Below, in pieces: positions 47,995 through 57,929 of a stretch of DNA of 64,000 bases; the stretch's first letter is position 1, and each line of letters begins with the position of its first letter. The stretch spans positions 32,001-96,000 of the IMG/VR virus record IMGVR_UViG_3300047160_006886; one strand, given 5' to 3'. The stretch is from a virus. The notes under the pieces were generated by a model. It saw only the letters and a list, made by a program, of their open reading frames with translations, was not told the origin of the DNA and did not search any database. A program made the translations under genes and the position numbers.

Positions 47995-48219
47995 GGGAAT
48001 CATCACCAATTTGATATGGATAGTGATAATTCCCTGAGAATCGGTCCTAGAATCGAGGAAAATCCCTTCCTAATACGAATCCCCTTTGACCCTCGCCGGA
48101 ATCGATTCTGAGCGATTCTGGCCAATTCCTGGAGGGGTTCCCTCGAATCCCCGGACCCCATTTTCAATCATTTCCAACCGAGAATCATCACTATCTTTAT
48201 CAGATTGGTGATGATTCCC
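47995..48219. repeat. 38-bp inverted repeat pair (34/38 identical), each arm itself palindromic
   Basis: 47995-48032 vs reverse complement of 48182-48219. Confidence 0.85.
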
Positions 48220-48236
48220 CATTTCCCCCGAAGGTT

Positions 48237-49070
48237 TCATGAGGAAACTCCCCCCGATCTCGATTCCTCGATAGTTCTCTTTTCCCCTTCCCCTCTTCCA
48301 AGGACTATCCTCTCCGGCTGGAACTGATCCTGCCCCTGCTGCCGCCGCTGATGCCTCTCCGACCATATCTGAGCGACCTGCCTGAGTTTCCCCTCCCTCC
48401 CCTCCGGCACCGATCCGTCAAGTCGCTGAGTAGTTCTCCCCATCCAATTCTCACCTGCAGGGCCGATGTGGAGGCACTCCCACGAAGGACGCAGCTTTAG
48501 GGCCGGCGGCCACTTCCGCTGGAAGAAGGAGTCGGCCCCGCCGGCGTGCGTCCAGTCGATCTCGTGCCAGGGCGGCGGACCGAGCCGGGGATCGGAGGTG
48601 TGGAAGATCTGCGAGTAGCCCGCCCACTCGGCGACGTTGCGGTGGATACCGAACTGCTGCCACAGCTTTGGATCGTCGAGCACATCTGGCCTAGCAAACT
48701 CGACCGGGCACATCCGCCGTAGGGGTGAGAGAAGCATGCCGGGGCAGAAGTGCTCGGGCCAGCTGATCTCCTTCGGCCAGACCACGTCGCAGTCCATGTT
48801 GCAGATCCAACCTGTCCTTCCCATCCGGTCAAGCGCCCACTCCAGGGCGCGCCACTTATTAAAGATGGCTCCGTCCTGGTAGAAGAGGTCGGTGACGAGG
48901 CAATGAAGTCCGTCCTTCCCTCCCCAGTCGTACATCATGGTAACCGGATCATCAGGAGCCGTGACCACCCACGCCTCCTTGAAGTGGTGCCGGTTCCTGG
49001 GCAGGGTTACCCCCAGGATGTCGGCGAAGTCCACACAGACCATGATCGCTCGCAAGTCTTCAGGCACCAT
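48237..49070 (-). CDS. GT-A fold glycosyltransferase
   Basis: VCVDFADIL, FNKWRAL, DxD (DCD), GYSQIF, HAGGADS. Confidence 0.7.
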   Translation of the reverse strand: MVPEDLRAIMVCVDFADILGVTLPRNRHHFKEAWVVTAPDDPVTMMYDWGGKDGLHCLVTDLFYQDGAIFNKWRALEWALDRMGRTGWICNMDCDVVWPKEISWPEHFCPGMLLSPLRRMCPVEFARPDVLDDPKLWQQFGIHRNVAEWAGYSQIFHTSDPRLGPPPWHEIDWTHAGGADSFFQRKWPPALKLRPSWECLHIGPAGENWMGRTTQRLDGSVPEGREGKLRQVAQIWSERHQRRQQGQDQFQPERIVLGRGEGEKRTIEESRSGGVSS

Positions 49071-49414
49071 CTCTCACTCCTCACAATCCAGCATCTCGCA
49101 GAAGTCGTCGATGGACACCGTCGGCGGACCTTCCATGCTGATCAGCATCTCGACGGGGAACACGAACATGCCCTCACCCTCCTTCCGCTTCCTCGTCTCC
49201 GGCTCACGCCGGCTTCCATTCCACTTCCCAAAACCGCCAGCACTCGGCACAGCGCCTGAGCACCTTCACGAAATACACGCGGTCAAAAGTGGTCGATCTT
49301 GGCATCGACTTGGGGAGGATCGCGGAATTTCTCGCCGCAATAGATGCAGCGATCAGGCACGCCGATGGGCAGCGTGACCTTGCGGCCAAGAGGGGTGTAG
49401 ACGGTGAGCATGGG

Positions 49415-49705
49415 TTATGGCCGGTTCGCTTTTCTCCAAACATCCATATCCGCAGCGCAGTTGATAGCCTCTATGCTCTTTTCTGAGTTGAGGCCCAGTA
49501 GTGGCTTTCCACTGGCACGAAGCGCATCAATCGCTTCTTCGATAACAGGCAAAGCATGATCTGCCTTTCCCGCCCGCAGATAGCGCCAGAGCCGAATAAG
49601 ATGAGGCGCGATTGGGTCACGCGCCAGCAGCGTAAACATCGGTTCGTCTGGTTCTGCAAAGCCGATGCAATCATACTTACCTGGATTCAACTTCGTTCCC
49701 ATCAT
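49415..49705 (-). CDS. Conserved small phage protein
   Basis: MGTKLNPGKYDC...AEPDEPMFTLLARD; start approximate. Confidence 0.7.
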   Translation of the reverse strand: MMGTKLNPGKYDCIGFAEPDEPMFTLLARDPIAPHLIRLWRYLRAGKADHALPVIEEAIDALRASGKPLLGLNSEKSIEAINCAADMDVWRKANRP

Positions 49706-49760
49706 CTCTCCTAAAAAATCCCTGGTCCATGCGGCACGGGCCGGCGCATCGCACGCCCGC

Positions 49761-50117
49761 TCAGCCGGGTAGGCCCTTCGGTAACTGCTCATCCTTTACC
49801 TCCTGATATCCACTATCAGCCGCCTCCTTTATGATCCCGATCACTTCCTTGCAGGTCTCGCACGGCCCCGACACCGCCGAGCAGCGGGAGCACGCCTTGC
49901 GGTAGCTCAGGATCAGGGCCCGCAGCTTCCTGTTCTCGACGACCTCCTTGGCAAAGGCCCGCCGCAATTCCCGGCACTCATCGACGAGATGCTGCCACTG
50001 GCTGGTGAAGATCGAGCCGGGCTGGAGGGCGACCACATGCTTCTGCACTTCCCCGTCCTCCTCTCGGAACTCCGCCTTGTCCTTGTACTCTCCCTGGATG
50101 TCAACCTGATTGACCAT
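49761..50117 (-). CDS. Hypothetical protein
   Basis: Coupled ORF. Confidence 0.55.
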   Translation of the reverse strand: MVNQVDIQGEYKDKAEFREEDGEVQKHVVALQPGSIFTSQWQHLVDECRELRRAFAKEVVENRKLRALILSYRKACSRCSAVSGPCETCKEVIGIIKEAADSGYQEVKDEQLPKGLPG

Positions 50118-50409
50118 GTCTCTCTCCCTTCCTCTCGATCAACTCCGCATGGACGGCCAGCTCGGCTATGTCTTCGGCTTCCTTCGGAGAGACTCTCTCC
50201 AGACCAACCAGGAAGCGGACGAAGACCTTCCTGGACATCATCCCGGCGATCTCCCTGCAGCGGATGAACCACTCCTCGCCCTTCGGGTTGAGAGAGTAAC
50301 CACCCTCGATGAACTTTCGCTTGTGGAGCTGGTGCAGGACCCAGTAGAAAGCGGCGACCACATTGCACTCCGGGTTGTTCGACGCCTCTTCCAACGACGG
50401 CTCAGCCAT
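50101..50409 (-). CDS. Hypothetical protein
   Basis: GAGG RBS. Confidence 0.55.
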   Translation of the reverse strand: MAEPSLEEASNNPECNVVAAFYWVLHQLHKRKFIEGGYSLNPKGEEWFIRCREIAGMMSRKVFVRFLVGLERVSPKEAEDIAELAVHAELIERKGERHGQSG

Positions 50410-50425
50410 AATCCACCTCTTCCGA

Positions 50426-50806
50426 TTACTTCAGCCTTCTCAGTACTTCGATCATCTCCGAGTCCTTCTCCGGCAGCTCCCATCCTCGCTTGGCCATCTC
50501 CAGCCGGATCTTGCGGAAAGCGATCCTGCGGTACTCCCTAACCTGATCCGGCGTCATCTCGATGCCCTGGTCGTGGATGTGCCTGGTGATCTGTCGGTTG
50601 TACTCCTCGCTGATGTCGTCCGACTTGCTGTCCGGCGGAGGGCAGCGCTTCAGGAGCTCGATCACTCGCGAGACCGGCCAAGCCATCTCCCGGCACTTCC
50701 GCTTGATCCACTCGATGAACGTCAGTAGGTCCTCGGACTCGAACTCCCTGTGCTTGCCGTAGAGGTCACACAGCTCCTCGAACTCGACTCGCGTCAATCT
50801 CCTCAT
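50426..50806 (-). CDS. Hypothetical protein
   Basis: TGATG-coupled start. Confidence 0.6.
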   Translation of the reverse strand: MRRLTRVEFEELCDLYGKHREFESEDLLTFIEWIKRKCREMAWPVSRVIELLKRCPPPDSKSDDISEEYNRQITRHIHDQGIEMTPDQVREYRRIAFRKIRLEMAKRGWELPEKDSEMIEVLRRLK

Positions 50807-51558
50807 CACTTCACCAGAGAACACTCGGGCATGAAGATGCAACCGACTCCGCATGATCTGCCGTTCCAGTACTTGAGCCATCCCTCGTGGCCATTCCGCG
50901 GCTCTCTCCCTAGCATCTCCAGGGCCTCGGAAGTGTCGATGAGGTTGAAGGTCTTGTAGTGCTCCTGGACCCGCTTATAAGCCTCGCCAGGGGCTGGATC
51001 GGTGATGTCGTGCATGAAGACGATGCCGGCCTTGCTCATCAGGCCCCGGTAGAAGGCGAAGTCATCGATGAAGAAGGACTTGTCGCCGTCGATGAAGAGG
51101 ATGTCGATCTTCTGGTCGATGAGCCACCCCTTGACCACGTGGGGCACTTCGGGATCGAGGCTGCTCCGGGGCAGCCAGAGGAACTTGATCTTCGGGAAAG
51201 CCCTCTCGAACTCCGCCGAGTAGGGAGTGCCCCGGATCTCGCAGGCGATGGCTCGCTCGATGGTGGGGATGAACCGGCACCAGTGGTAGAGTTCGCCGCC
51301 CTTGTCGCAGCCGATTGACATGACGACCTTCGGCTTGATCCTCCAGGCCAGGTTGATCATCGCCGACAGCTCGTTCTTCCGTTGCAGGGGGAAGAGGTCG
51401 GTGCAGAAGATGCCGTGGCTTATGGCCAGCACACGGTCCTCGTCGAGCATCCGTCGGGTCGGACTTGCTGGGTAATTGGCGAAGAAACTCTGCCACCACT
51501 TCACCAGGTCGGCCGGCAAGGGGCCGTCCATCGCAATCGCTTCAGCTGTTGCGTTCAT
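50806..51558 (-). CDS. Class I SAM methyltransferase (Methyltransf_24-like)
   Basis: SIGCDKGG, IDILFIDGD, IVFMHDI. Confidence 0.8.
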   Translation of the reverse strand: MNATAEAIAMDGPLPADLVKWWQSFFANYPASPTRRMLDEDRVLAISHGIFCTDLFPLQRKNELSAMINLAWRIKPKVVMSIGCDKGGELYHWCRFIPTIERAIACEIRGTPYSAEFERAFPKIKFLWLPRSSLDPEVPHVVKGWLIDQKIDILFIDGDKSFFIDDFAFYRGLMSKAGIVFMHDITDPAPGEAYKRVQEHYKTFNLIDTSEALEMLGREPRNGHEGWLKYWNGRSCGVGCIFMPECSLVK

Positions 51559-51769
51559 GTCTATTCCTCCATCCCAATGCCAGCATGAAGCTGACGAATT
51601 GTTGCGTCGTCCTCACGAAGTCCTGGTAGCATCGCTCACATAGGTCAAAGCGGAAACCGAGGGACTCCTGCTTATGAACGTGCCCACGAGGGACGTTCCT
51701 GGTCACGACCTCCACGTCGGCCCCTTCGGCATAGGAGTGCTCCTTGTCGCACATATGACATTTCATCAC
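51542..51769 (-). CDS. Small Zn-binding protein
   Basis: CHMC...DLCERC. Confidence 0.6.
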   Translation of the reverse strand: MMKCHMCDKEHSYAEGADVEVVTRNVPRGHVHKQESLGFRFDLCERCYQDFVRTTQQFVSFMLALGWRNRHERNS

Positions 51770-52068
51770 TTGCTCGCATTCTGTAAGTACTTAGTCATCA
51801 TGTCCAGCCGTTGTATTCATGTCTTACTTCCTCTCGCGCTCGGTCAGTCCCCTTTGATACCCTCTTATATAGCCGCGATAGTATGGCGTATCCGCGTCCC
51901 CGTCTATAGCTCCACCCCTCAGTCCGTCGCTGTAACCATCTCTCTCGCCGATCCTCTCCTGTGCCGCTTCATCTCTCCGTGTCCATGCGTCAAAGTCTCC
52001 TGGTTGCATTTCGTCCTCCTTCACTTTGAAGAATTCTGCAAGTACCTAGTCATCATGTCCAACCGCTG
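51766..52068. repeat. 48-bp imperfect direct repeat of the radical SAM gene 3' end, flanking ORF 51824..52024
   Basis: QRLDMMTKYLQNASK* (51766-51813) vs QRLDMMTRYLQNSSK* (52021-52068). Confidence 0.85.
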
Positions 52069-53100
52069 CTCCTGTACCTGGCTCCGTTCGGTCACGAGCT
52101 GCAAGGGGCGGCGCTTGTCCTTGAGCCGGTAGACATCCTTGTGAGTCGCCGAGACCTGCTCGTGCTCGTTGGGGTCCTTCGACTGAGCCAGCTGCCCGTA
52201 GCCGCGAAGAGGGACGCCGCATGAATGGCAGTGCTGGCGGACCTGATTGGCGAACATCCCCATATCCCACTTCCACCAGTGATCGAGCTGGCTGCCAGGA
52301 CGGCTGATGAACTCCAGATCGACTCCGGTATCCGGGTAGTCCGGCTCGTGCTGATGGAGGAGGGCCTGAGCCATCGCTACTTCGCAGAAATAAGCCCGCA
52401 GCTGGCCCCGGAAGACGCCGATGCCCGCAGACCAGTGCTGATTGATGTCGCAGCGGGAGATGAGGTCCCACGCCTCTTCCTCGGCGTAGACTTTTCCCTT
52501 GCCCTCGCAGCGATAGCATGGATCGCCGTCATCGACCCAAGTCATTCCCCTCCCGCTTCCTCCGCAGACTGGACAATCAGTGAGCAGCACATCCTTCATC
52601 GCGATCCAGGGCGGCGAGTGGCGGCTGTCCCGGTCGAGGCCGCAGGGCATAGACTCCGGCCAGTGAGTGCGGAAGAGGGTGTGGGCGACCAGATCCATGT
52701 GCACGTTGAGGTTCGAGACTCTGGGGTTGAAAGTCCTCCGCATCTCGACGGCCCGGTCAGCGGTGATGGGGTTGTTCGACCAGATGCCCCGCTGCTCATA
52801 TGGCACCCAGGAATCGCGGAGCACCTTACATATCTCCATGAAGTGCTTCGAGACCGCAGGGTTGCCGCCGAAGACGCCTACGACACCGTAGTAGCCCTTG
52901 AGCGACTCGACGGCGAGAGCGAATTGCTCCGGCGTCATGTCCGACCTCGCACCGTTCTCGATCTGGCTCGCTTGCGTACATGAGAAACACTGCTTGTCGC
53001 AACGGCTGGTGATCAAGATCTGTATCACCCCACGTCTGTATTTCCCTTCTCTTGGTGTTCCTGGAGCGACCATGCGACTCAAGCATTCTTGTTCGTTCAT
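52021..53100 (-). CDS. Radical SAM protein with inserted CxxCxGxG Zn finger
   Basis: CDKQCFSC, FGGNP, C-terminal Cys cluster; CPVCGGSG...CYRCEGKG. Confidence 0.8.
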   Translation of the reverse strand: MNEQECLSRMVAPGTPREGKYRRGVIQILITSRCDKQCFSCTQASQIENGARSDMTPEQFALAVESLKGYYGVVGVFGGNPAVSKHFMEICKVLRDSWVPYEQRGIWSNNPITADRAVEMRRTFNPRVSNLNVHMDLVAHTLFRTHWPESMPCGLDRDSRHSPPWIAMKDVLLTDCPVCGGSGRGMTWVDDGDPCYRCEGKGKVYAEEEAWDLISRCDINQHWSAGIGVFRGQLRAYFCEVAMAQALLHQHEPDYPDTGVDLEFISRPGSQLDHWWKWDMGMFANQVRQHCHSCGVPLRGYGQLAQSKDPNEHEQVSATHKDVYRLKDKRRPLQLVTERSQVQEQRLDMMTRYLQNSSK

Positions 53101-53223
53101 GGAACTATCCTCCTGTGACGACCAGCCACACCAGCCACCAGAGCGTGAAAGCCGTGAGTGCCAGCGTCGGAACAACGAAGATGGTATAGAAAGAGTACTC
53201 CAGCACCTTGTCTAGTCTCTCGT

Positions 53224-53523
53224 TCATATCAGGTCAGCCCCCTCCATCTCGGGTTTCGTCAATAGCCGGAATCGCATCGACTCCGGCACCTTCTCGTCGA
53301 CCTTGTCAGCTTCCAACGGCCCCATCGTCTGCGTCTCGCAGTCTCTAGGGATCAAGTTGAGACCATGAGTCCGCATCCAGGCATCAGTCGGTCCTCTGCC
53401 GGGGATGACGACCACTCCGACGAAGCCGGTTTTGACGTGGCAGATGCTGATCCAGTACCACTCCTCCTTGCCGGTCCGCAGCTCCTCCTTGAGCAGTTCC
53501 GCCGCTCTCTCTCTCGGGGTCAT
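53224..53523 (-). CDS. Hypothetical protein
   Basis: GGAGG RBS. Confidence 0.6.
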   Translation of the reverse strand: MTPRERAAELLKEELRTGKEEWYWISICHVKTGFVGVVVIPGRGPTDAWMRTHGLNLIPRDCETQTMGPLEADKVDEKVPESMRFRLLTKPEMEGADLI

Positions 53524-54086
53524 AGTCCTAACCTCCTCATGACTTCTCTCATGGCTGCACGCTGCTCCGGCAGACTCCCTGCCTCAAGCATCTGCTTCCT
53601 CATCTCGTCCTCCACATCGAGCACCCAGGCATAGGCACTCACCAGGGCCAGATTTACTAGAACCTTGCTCTGCGTCTCCGGGTCATCGAAGTTCCCCGCA
53701 CTGGCTTCGTTCAGCCGAGTGACGGATTCGCCCATCTTCGCCAGGATCTGTTCACCAGTCTTCATGCTACTGTCTCCCTCCTCAGCTCTACCTCCTGACA
53801 TCCTCGCATCAGCCACCAAAGCCGCAGGCGGTCGAGGAGCGGCATCTTATCATATATTCTCACTGTTCTTGAAGTCATGTCGAAGTGATCAGTGATGAGG
53901 ACGAACGGGTTTCGCTTTTCCCAGTGGACTCTGATCATGGAATAAAGTTTGTAATCCATGCCCACAAATTCCCTCTCCCACTCGAACTCAGCGACATACC
54001 ACTCCGACTCACCGGCGTGTCGCTGGAGGACACGGTTGAACAGTTTCCAAGGCACCCGCCTCACCCGCTTCGATTGCCACATCTGT

Positions 54087-54434
54087 TCATCCCTTCTGCA
54101 CTGGGACCGTCACTTCCGGCACTCCGTAGTGGAGAGAGCCGTCTCTGAGATCCAACCCGGACTTGACCAGGCCGTTTCGGATCTCGCGCAACGTAGTCGG
54201 TCCGCAATTCCTGAACTGCTGCAGATCGGACACAGACATAGCAGTCAACTGCGCGAGGGACCTGATGTCCTGGTGGATGAGTATTTTCCTGGCCCGCACG
54301 GAGAGTGTCCTCGCAAAGTCGATGAACGACTGATCAGCCGGTTCAGACGGCAGCTTCTCAAGCATCGAGTCGGCGAGTCTCAGTGCTGTTGCAGCCTCTT
54401 CGAGGAGGCTGGCCAAGCGGAGAAACTGATTCAT
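54087..54434 (-). CDS. Stand-alone RNA polymerase alpha-CTD-like protein
   Basis: LSVRARKIL...I.SLAQL...DLQQFRNCGPTTLREI...GL. Confidence 0.85.
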   Translation of the reverse strand: MNQFLRLASLLEEAATALRLADSMLEKLPSEPADQSFIDFARTLSVRARKILIHQDIRSLAQLTAMSVSDLQQFRNCGPTTLREIRNGLVKSGLDLRDGSLHYGVPEVTVPVQKG

Positions 54435-55045
54435 CTCTTCACCATGTAGAAGGACCAGGGTTCAGGAGGATTGACTGACATCTCCGGCACGAGGAAGACC
54501 TCGATCCGCCAAGGGTCGATGAGGGAGTTCGCCAACCGAGCTACGGCGATCTGCACATTGGCGGCGATCCGCGACGAGGAGTTGGTGTAGTCGTGGCCGG
54601 CCAGGATGCCGCCGGGCTTGACCTTCTTCCACCATTCGCAGACGTCGAAGCAGACCTCCTCCAACCTGTGGGAGCCGTCGACATAGACGAACGCCAGCGA
54701 TCCATCCTGGAAGTGCTTGATGGCCTTCCGGCTGGTCATGCACATGAACCCGACCATGTCGTGACCGTCGATCTGCTTGTGCTGATGGAGCACCCGCCTG
54801 GCTTCGCTCATGTCCTCCTGCCGCTGCTCGGCCGTCCTCGTGCAGATGGCATCATCGTGCTCGTCGTAGTCGGTCAGGTACGGATCAATGCAGAAGAGCG
54901 GTTTCGGACTCCAGCGCTCCAGCAGCCACGAGGCGAACTCGCCGCGATGGGTGCCGATCTCGACTCCCGGTTCGCCGGGGTACTTGAGGCGGAGGTACTC
55001 CCCGAACTGCCTGCGGCCGATGAACTCACCTTGACGGATCAACAC
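54431..55045 (-). CDS. Class I SAM methyltransferase (Methyltransf_24-like)
   Basis: VEIGTHRG, CIDPY, FVYVDGSH, KPGGILAGHDY. Confidence 0.88.
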   Translation of the reverse strand: MLIRQGEFIGRRQFGEYLRLKYPGEPGVEIGTHRGEFASWLLERWSPKPLFCIDPYLTDYDEHDDAICTRTAEQRQEDMSEARRVLHQHKQIDGHDMVGFMCMTSRKAIKHFQDGSLAFVYVDGSHRLEEVCFDVCEWWKKVKPGGILAGHDYTNSSSRIAANVQIAVARLANSLIDPWRIEVFLVPEMSVNPPEPWSFYMVKR

Positions 55046-55559
55046 CTTGGAAGTCCTTTCTGGCTTGCTCTTCGCCGATCTTCCTCATCTCATCGACTCG
55101 CTCGATGCTCATCTGCTCCGGCTCGATTCCCTTGACGCCGACCATCCAGCCAGGCGGCAGCGGGATGAGTCCCGGCGACTTGAGGTCGACTTCATATGGC
55201 CACTCGGCTCCCCACTGAGCCTTGACGACAGCGATCTCCACGTCGGTCTGCGGACGCCAGAGGTGGAGGCAGGTCGGATAGTTGTTGATCCAGGTCGCCC
55301 TGGGCGGGTGCAGCTGCATCACTGTCTCATCATCCCGGAAGAACAGCTCCTTGACGAAGCACATTATCTCCCAGCTCGGACAGTGGCCGGTGAACCGGTG
55401 CAGCGAGACGCTGACGTGGTCCCAGCCGCCGCCGTCGCTGACAATAACTCCCAGTTCCTGCTTGTCAGGACCGAACGGGACCATGAAGGAGCCGCTGTTG
55501 GTCCGTGGCGGACCGGCGATCCGGTAGCGTTCAGCTCTGAGGTTCGGAGTGTTTCTCAT
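55026..55559 (-). CDS. Conserved phage protein
   Basis: GGWDHVSVS...CPSWEIMCFVKELFF...QLHPP...CLHLW. Confidence 0.75.
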   Translation of the reverse strand: MRNTPNLRAERYRIAGPPRTNSGSFMVPFGPDKQELGVIVSDGGGWDHVSVSLHRFTGHCPSWEIMCFVKELFFRDDETVMQLHPPRATWINNYPTCLHLWRPQTDVEIAVVKAQWGAEWPYEVDLKSPGLIPLPPGWMVGVKGIEPEQMSIERVDEMRKIGEEQARKDFQGVDPSR

Positions 55560-56164
55560 TGGGGTCTCTCCGGGATGGTTTCGTGAAGGTACCAGTCGTT
55601 GATTAAGTCGCCCAGGTAATCCAGGAGCAGATAGCCGTGACTCCGCATCAGGTGATGGACCGCGTCCTTCTTGTGGCTGACACCATTGTGTTCGATGGCT
55701 GCCAGGCCGAACTTCCAGCGGTCGAAGTCATGGGCCGAGAGGATCTCGAACTCCGAGCCTTCGGTGTCGAGGCAGAGGAAGTGGATCAATGACGGAGCGG
55801 CGTGCTCTTCGAGGAGCCGGGGCAGGGTGATGGATCTCTTGATGCTGTCGGTGTGGAGCAGTCCGCTGCGGTTCCACTTGTCGGCGAAGCAGATCGGGAT
55901 GCCCGACAGTTCGATGCCTTCTCCGTCCATCTCCGACCAAGGCACCGCCTGCTCGCAGTGCCAGAGTGGTCGGTCATCGAGCTGACATCTCCGCGACTGA
56001 GTCAGGCCCAGGTAAGCCCGCGACGGCTCGACACAGATACCGTCCCAGCCGGCCTTCTCCAGCTCCAGGGTCTGCGAGTCGCCGACGCCGTCGTGGGCAC
56101 CGGCCTCGACAAAGAAGCCCTTGGGCCATTGGGTCAACAGCCAGGACAGGGTCTCAGGTTTCAT
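55556..56164 (-). CDS. FkbM-family methyltransferase
   Basis: FFVEAGAHDG, GWDGICVEP, LDTEGSE. Confidence 0.88.
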   Translation of the reverse strand: MKPETLSWLLTQWPKGFFVEAGAHDGVGDSQTLELEKAGWDGICVEPSRAYLGLTQSRRCQLDDRPLWHCEQAVPWSEMDGEGIELSGIPICFADKWNRSGLLHTDSIKRSITLPRLLEEHAAPSLIHFLCLDTEGSEFEILSAHDFDRWKFGLAAIEHNGVSHKKDAVHHLMRSHGYLLLDYLGDLINDWYLHETIPERPQ

Positions 56165-56167
56165 CGC

Positions 56168-56449
56168 TCACCAACCGTTCCAGAAGCGGATGATCTTGAC
56201 GTCCGGGTCGAGCTTGGTCAGATCCACCTCGAACCCTGATGATGCGTTGCCTTGATACTTGTTGACAGCCGCATTTTTCTCAATCTCCACTCGAACGCCG
56301 GACTCGTCCGGACCGCAATACTCGAAGAACTTCTCCACCCCATCCGGCAGCGGCAATCCAGCTGCCACGCAAGAATCCCAGACCGCTTTCATCTTCCGCC
56401 ACTTCTCATCCGGTGGCTTGAATCCGCAGACATGTGTCGACATGCTCAT
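56168..56449 (-). CDS. Conserved small phage protein
   Basis: MSMSTHVCGFKPPDEKWRKMKAVWDSC. Confidence 0.7.
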   Translation of the reverse strand: MSMSTHVCGFKPPDEKWRKMKAVWDSCVAAGLPLPDGVEKFFEYCGPDESGVRVEIEKNAAVNKYQGNASSGFEVDLTKLDPDVKIIRFWNGW

Positions 56450-57246
56450 GGCATTTCTCCGTACACCCTCATCTTGGGTCTCTCGCGCTGATACGCCGCC
56501 AGCTTCTCGGTCCAGAATGCCCCCGTCACTTCGCCGGTCTCCTTGACCAGCTTCGAGACCATCGTGCCGTCCATTGGATTCCAATGTCCGCAGATGCGGC
56601 AGAGCACTTTCGCTTGTGCCATCATCGCATCCCAGGTCACGTCCTTGAGATGCATGATGCCGATGTCATGACCGGCCACCCTTGCCACTGCCGCTCCGGC
56701 TCCGTCCAAAAAATACCCGTTGCGTGTTAATCCCAAACCACAGCAGCGGATGCCGAAGATGCCGCAGGGCTCAAGTTCGCCGACGTTGGGGTCTCTGTCC
56801 ACAGGGGTGATGCGGAAGTTGTTGAACCATGGCGGCTGCTCGCCCTTGGTCTTGGTCTCGGCGTGGAGGGAGATGTTCAGTTCCTTGAGCCAGTCGCGGA
56901 ACTCCGCCGACCTGCCCCGGCCGTTGGTCAACACCTGGAGGAAGACCTTCGGATATCGCTGACGGTACTTGACCAGCAGGCCGATCAGGCCGGCGAAGTT
57001 GGGATGCAGAGTCGGCTCGCCGCCTAAGAAGCGTATCCGCTCCCACTCCCAGTCCAGAGCGAAGGACTCATCGACGAACCGCTCGACCTGCTCATAAGTC
57101 ATGTTCGGCATCCAGGTCTGCGGTAGGTCTGAAAATCTGTCGCAAGCGAAGCAGGAGAGATCGCACCTCGTATTTATCTCAAGCTCTATGTGCTTAAATC
57201 TCTCTGCTGAGTCGCCCCAAGGAGTCAATGTTGTCAGAGGGATCAT
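56446..57246 (-). CDS. Radical SAM protein
   Basis: CDLSCFAC, LGGEPTLHP, LTNG, C-terminal Cys (twitch-like). Confidence 0.88.
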   Translation of the reverse strand: MIPLTTLTPWGDSAERFKHIELEINTRCDLSCFACDRFSDLPQTWMPNMTYEQVERFVDESFALDWEWERIRFLGGEPTLHPNFAGLIGLLVKYRQRYPKVFLQVLTNGRGRSAEFRDWLKELNISLHAETKTKGEQPPWFNNFRITPVDRDPNVGELEPCGIFGIRCCGLGLTRNGYFLDGAGAAVARVAGHDIGIMHLKDVTWDAMMAQAKVLCRICGHWNPMDGTMVSKLVKETGEVTGAFWTEKLAAYQRERPKMRVYGEMP

Positions 57247-57256
57247 GGTGATGTCC

Positions 57257-57715
57257 TCAGTTCTTGGCCACGTGCCAGAAGGCCGGCTTGCCGAGAGCGA
57301 TGGCCCAGTTCGCCGTCCAACAGGCTCCGCTCTTGACATGAACGGGCCTCTTCGGTTCTTTGTTAATGCAGTGGTAGCATTCCTTGAACCTCATTCCCTT
57401 GAAGTCGCTGGGCAGTCGGTCGACGCAAATGACATGGATCTCGTCGCAGTTCTCGGCGATCTGGATGTTCCGCTCACGGAAACCAGGGCTCCAGATCAAG
57501 TTCTTAGGAGGGAAGATCAGCGTCTTGAGTCCCGCCTTCTTCGCCTCCTCTTCGGCCCAGATATCAACGCCGCCGAGGTGGCAGTGACCGCTGACGATGA
57601 TGCGACCGGGAACGAGCAGGTTGCGGATGAGGACCAGGGCACGCTCCTCACCCTCTGGTGTGAACTTCGCCTCCTCGTTGCCGACGATGGCTACTCGCTT
57701 CGTGCAGGGCATCAT
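57257..57715 (-). CDS. SLOG-superfamily (DprA/YspA-like) protein
   Basis: VAIVG, IVSG...GGVD.WAE, RN.QIA...D, SGACWT...A..LGKP. Confidence 0.7.
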   Translation of the reverse strand: MMPCTKRVAIVGNEEAKFTPEGEERALVLIRNLLVPGRIIVSGHCHLGGVDIWAEEEAKKAGLKTLIFPPKNLIWSPGFRERNIQIAENCDEIHVICVDRLPSDFKGMRFKECYHCINKEPKRPVHVKSGACWTANWAIALGKPAFWHVAKN

Positions 57716-57929
57716 CACCTTTCTTCGTCGTCGACGGCCAGAACTCCTCTGAGCCATGACCTCTGACTGCTCAGATGTTCTTGTAATTTCATCGACAATG
57801 AGGTCCTGTCTTTTTCTGTCAAAGGCGTCTCTCTCCACTTCACCATCAGTTCATGAGTGGAAAGTGCTTCTTGACCAAGTTCCATAGCTCTTTCAATGGC
57901 TAGCTTTTGCAGTGCGTTCATTGGTTGTC

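Noticed and set aside
47995-48219. MITE/IS element
   Set aside because: No target-site duplication or transposase evident; kept only as an inverted-repeat element
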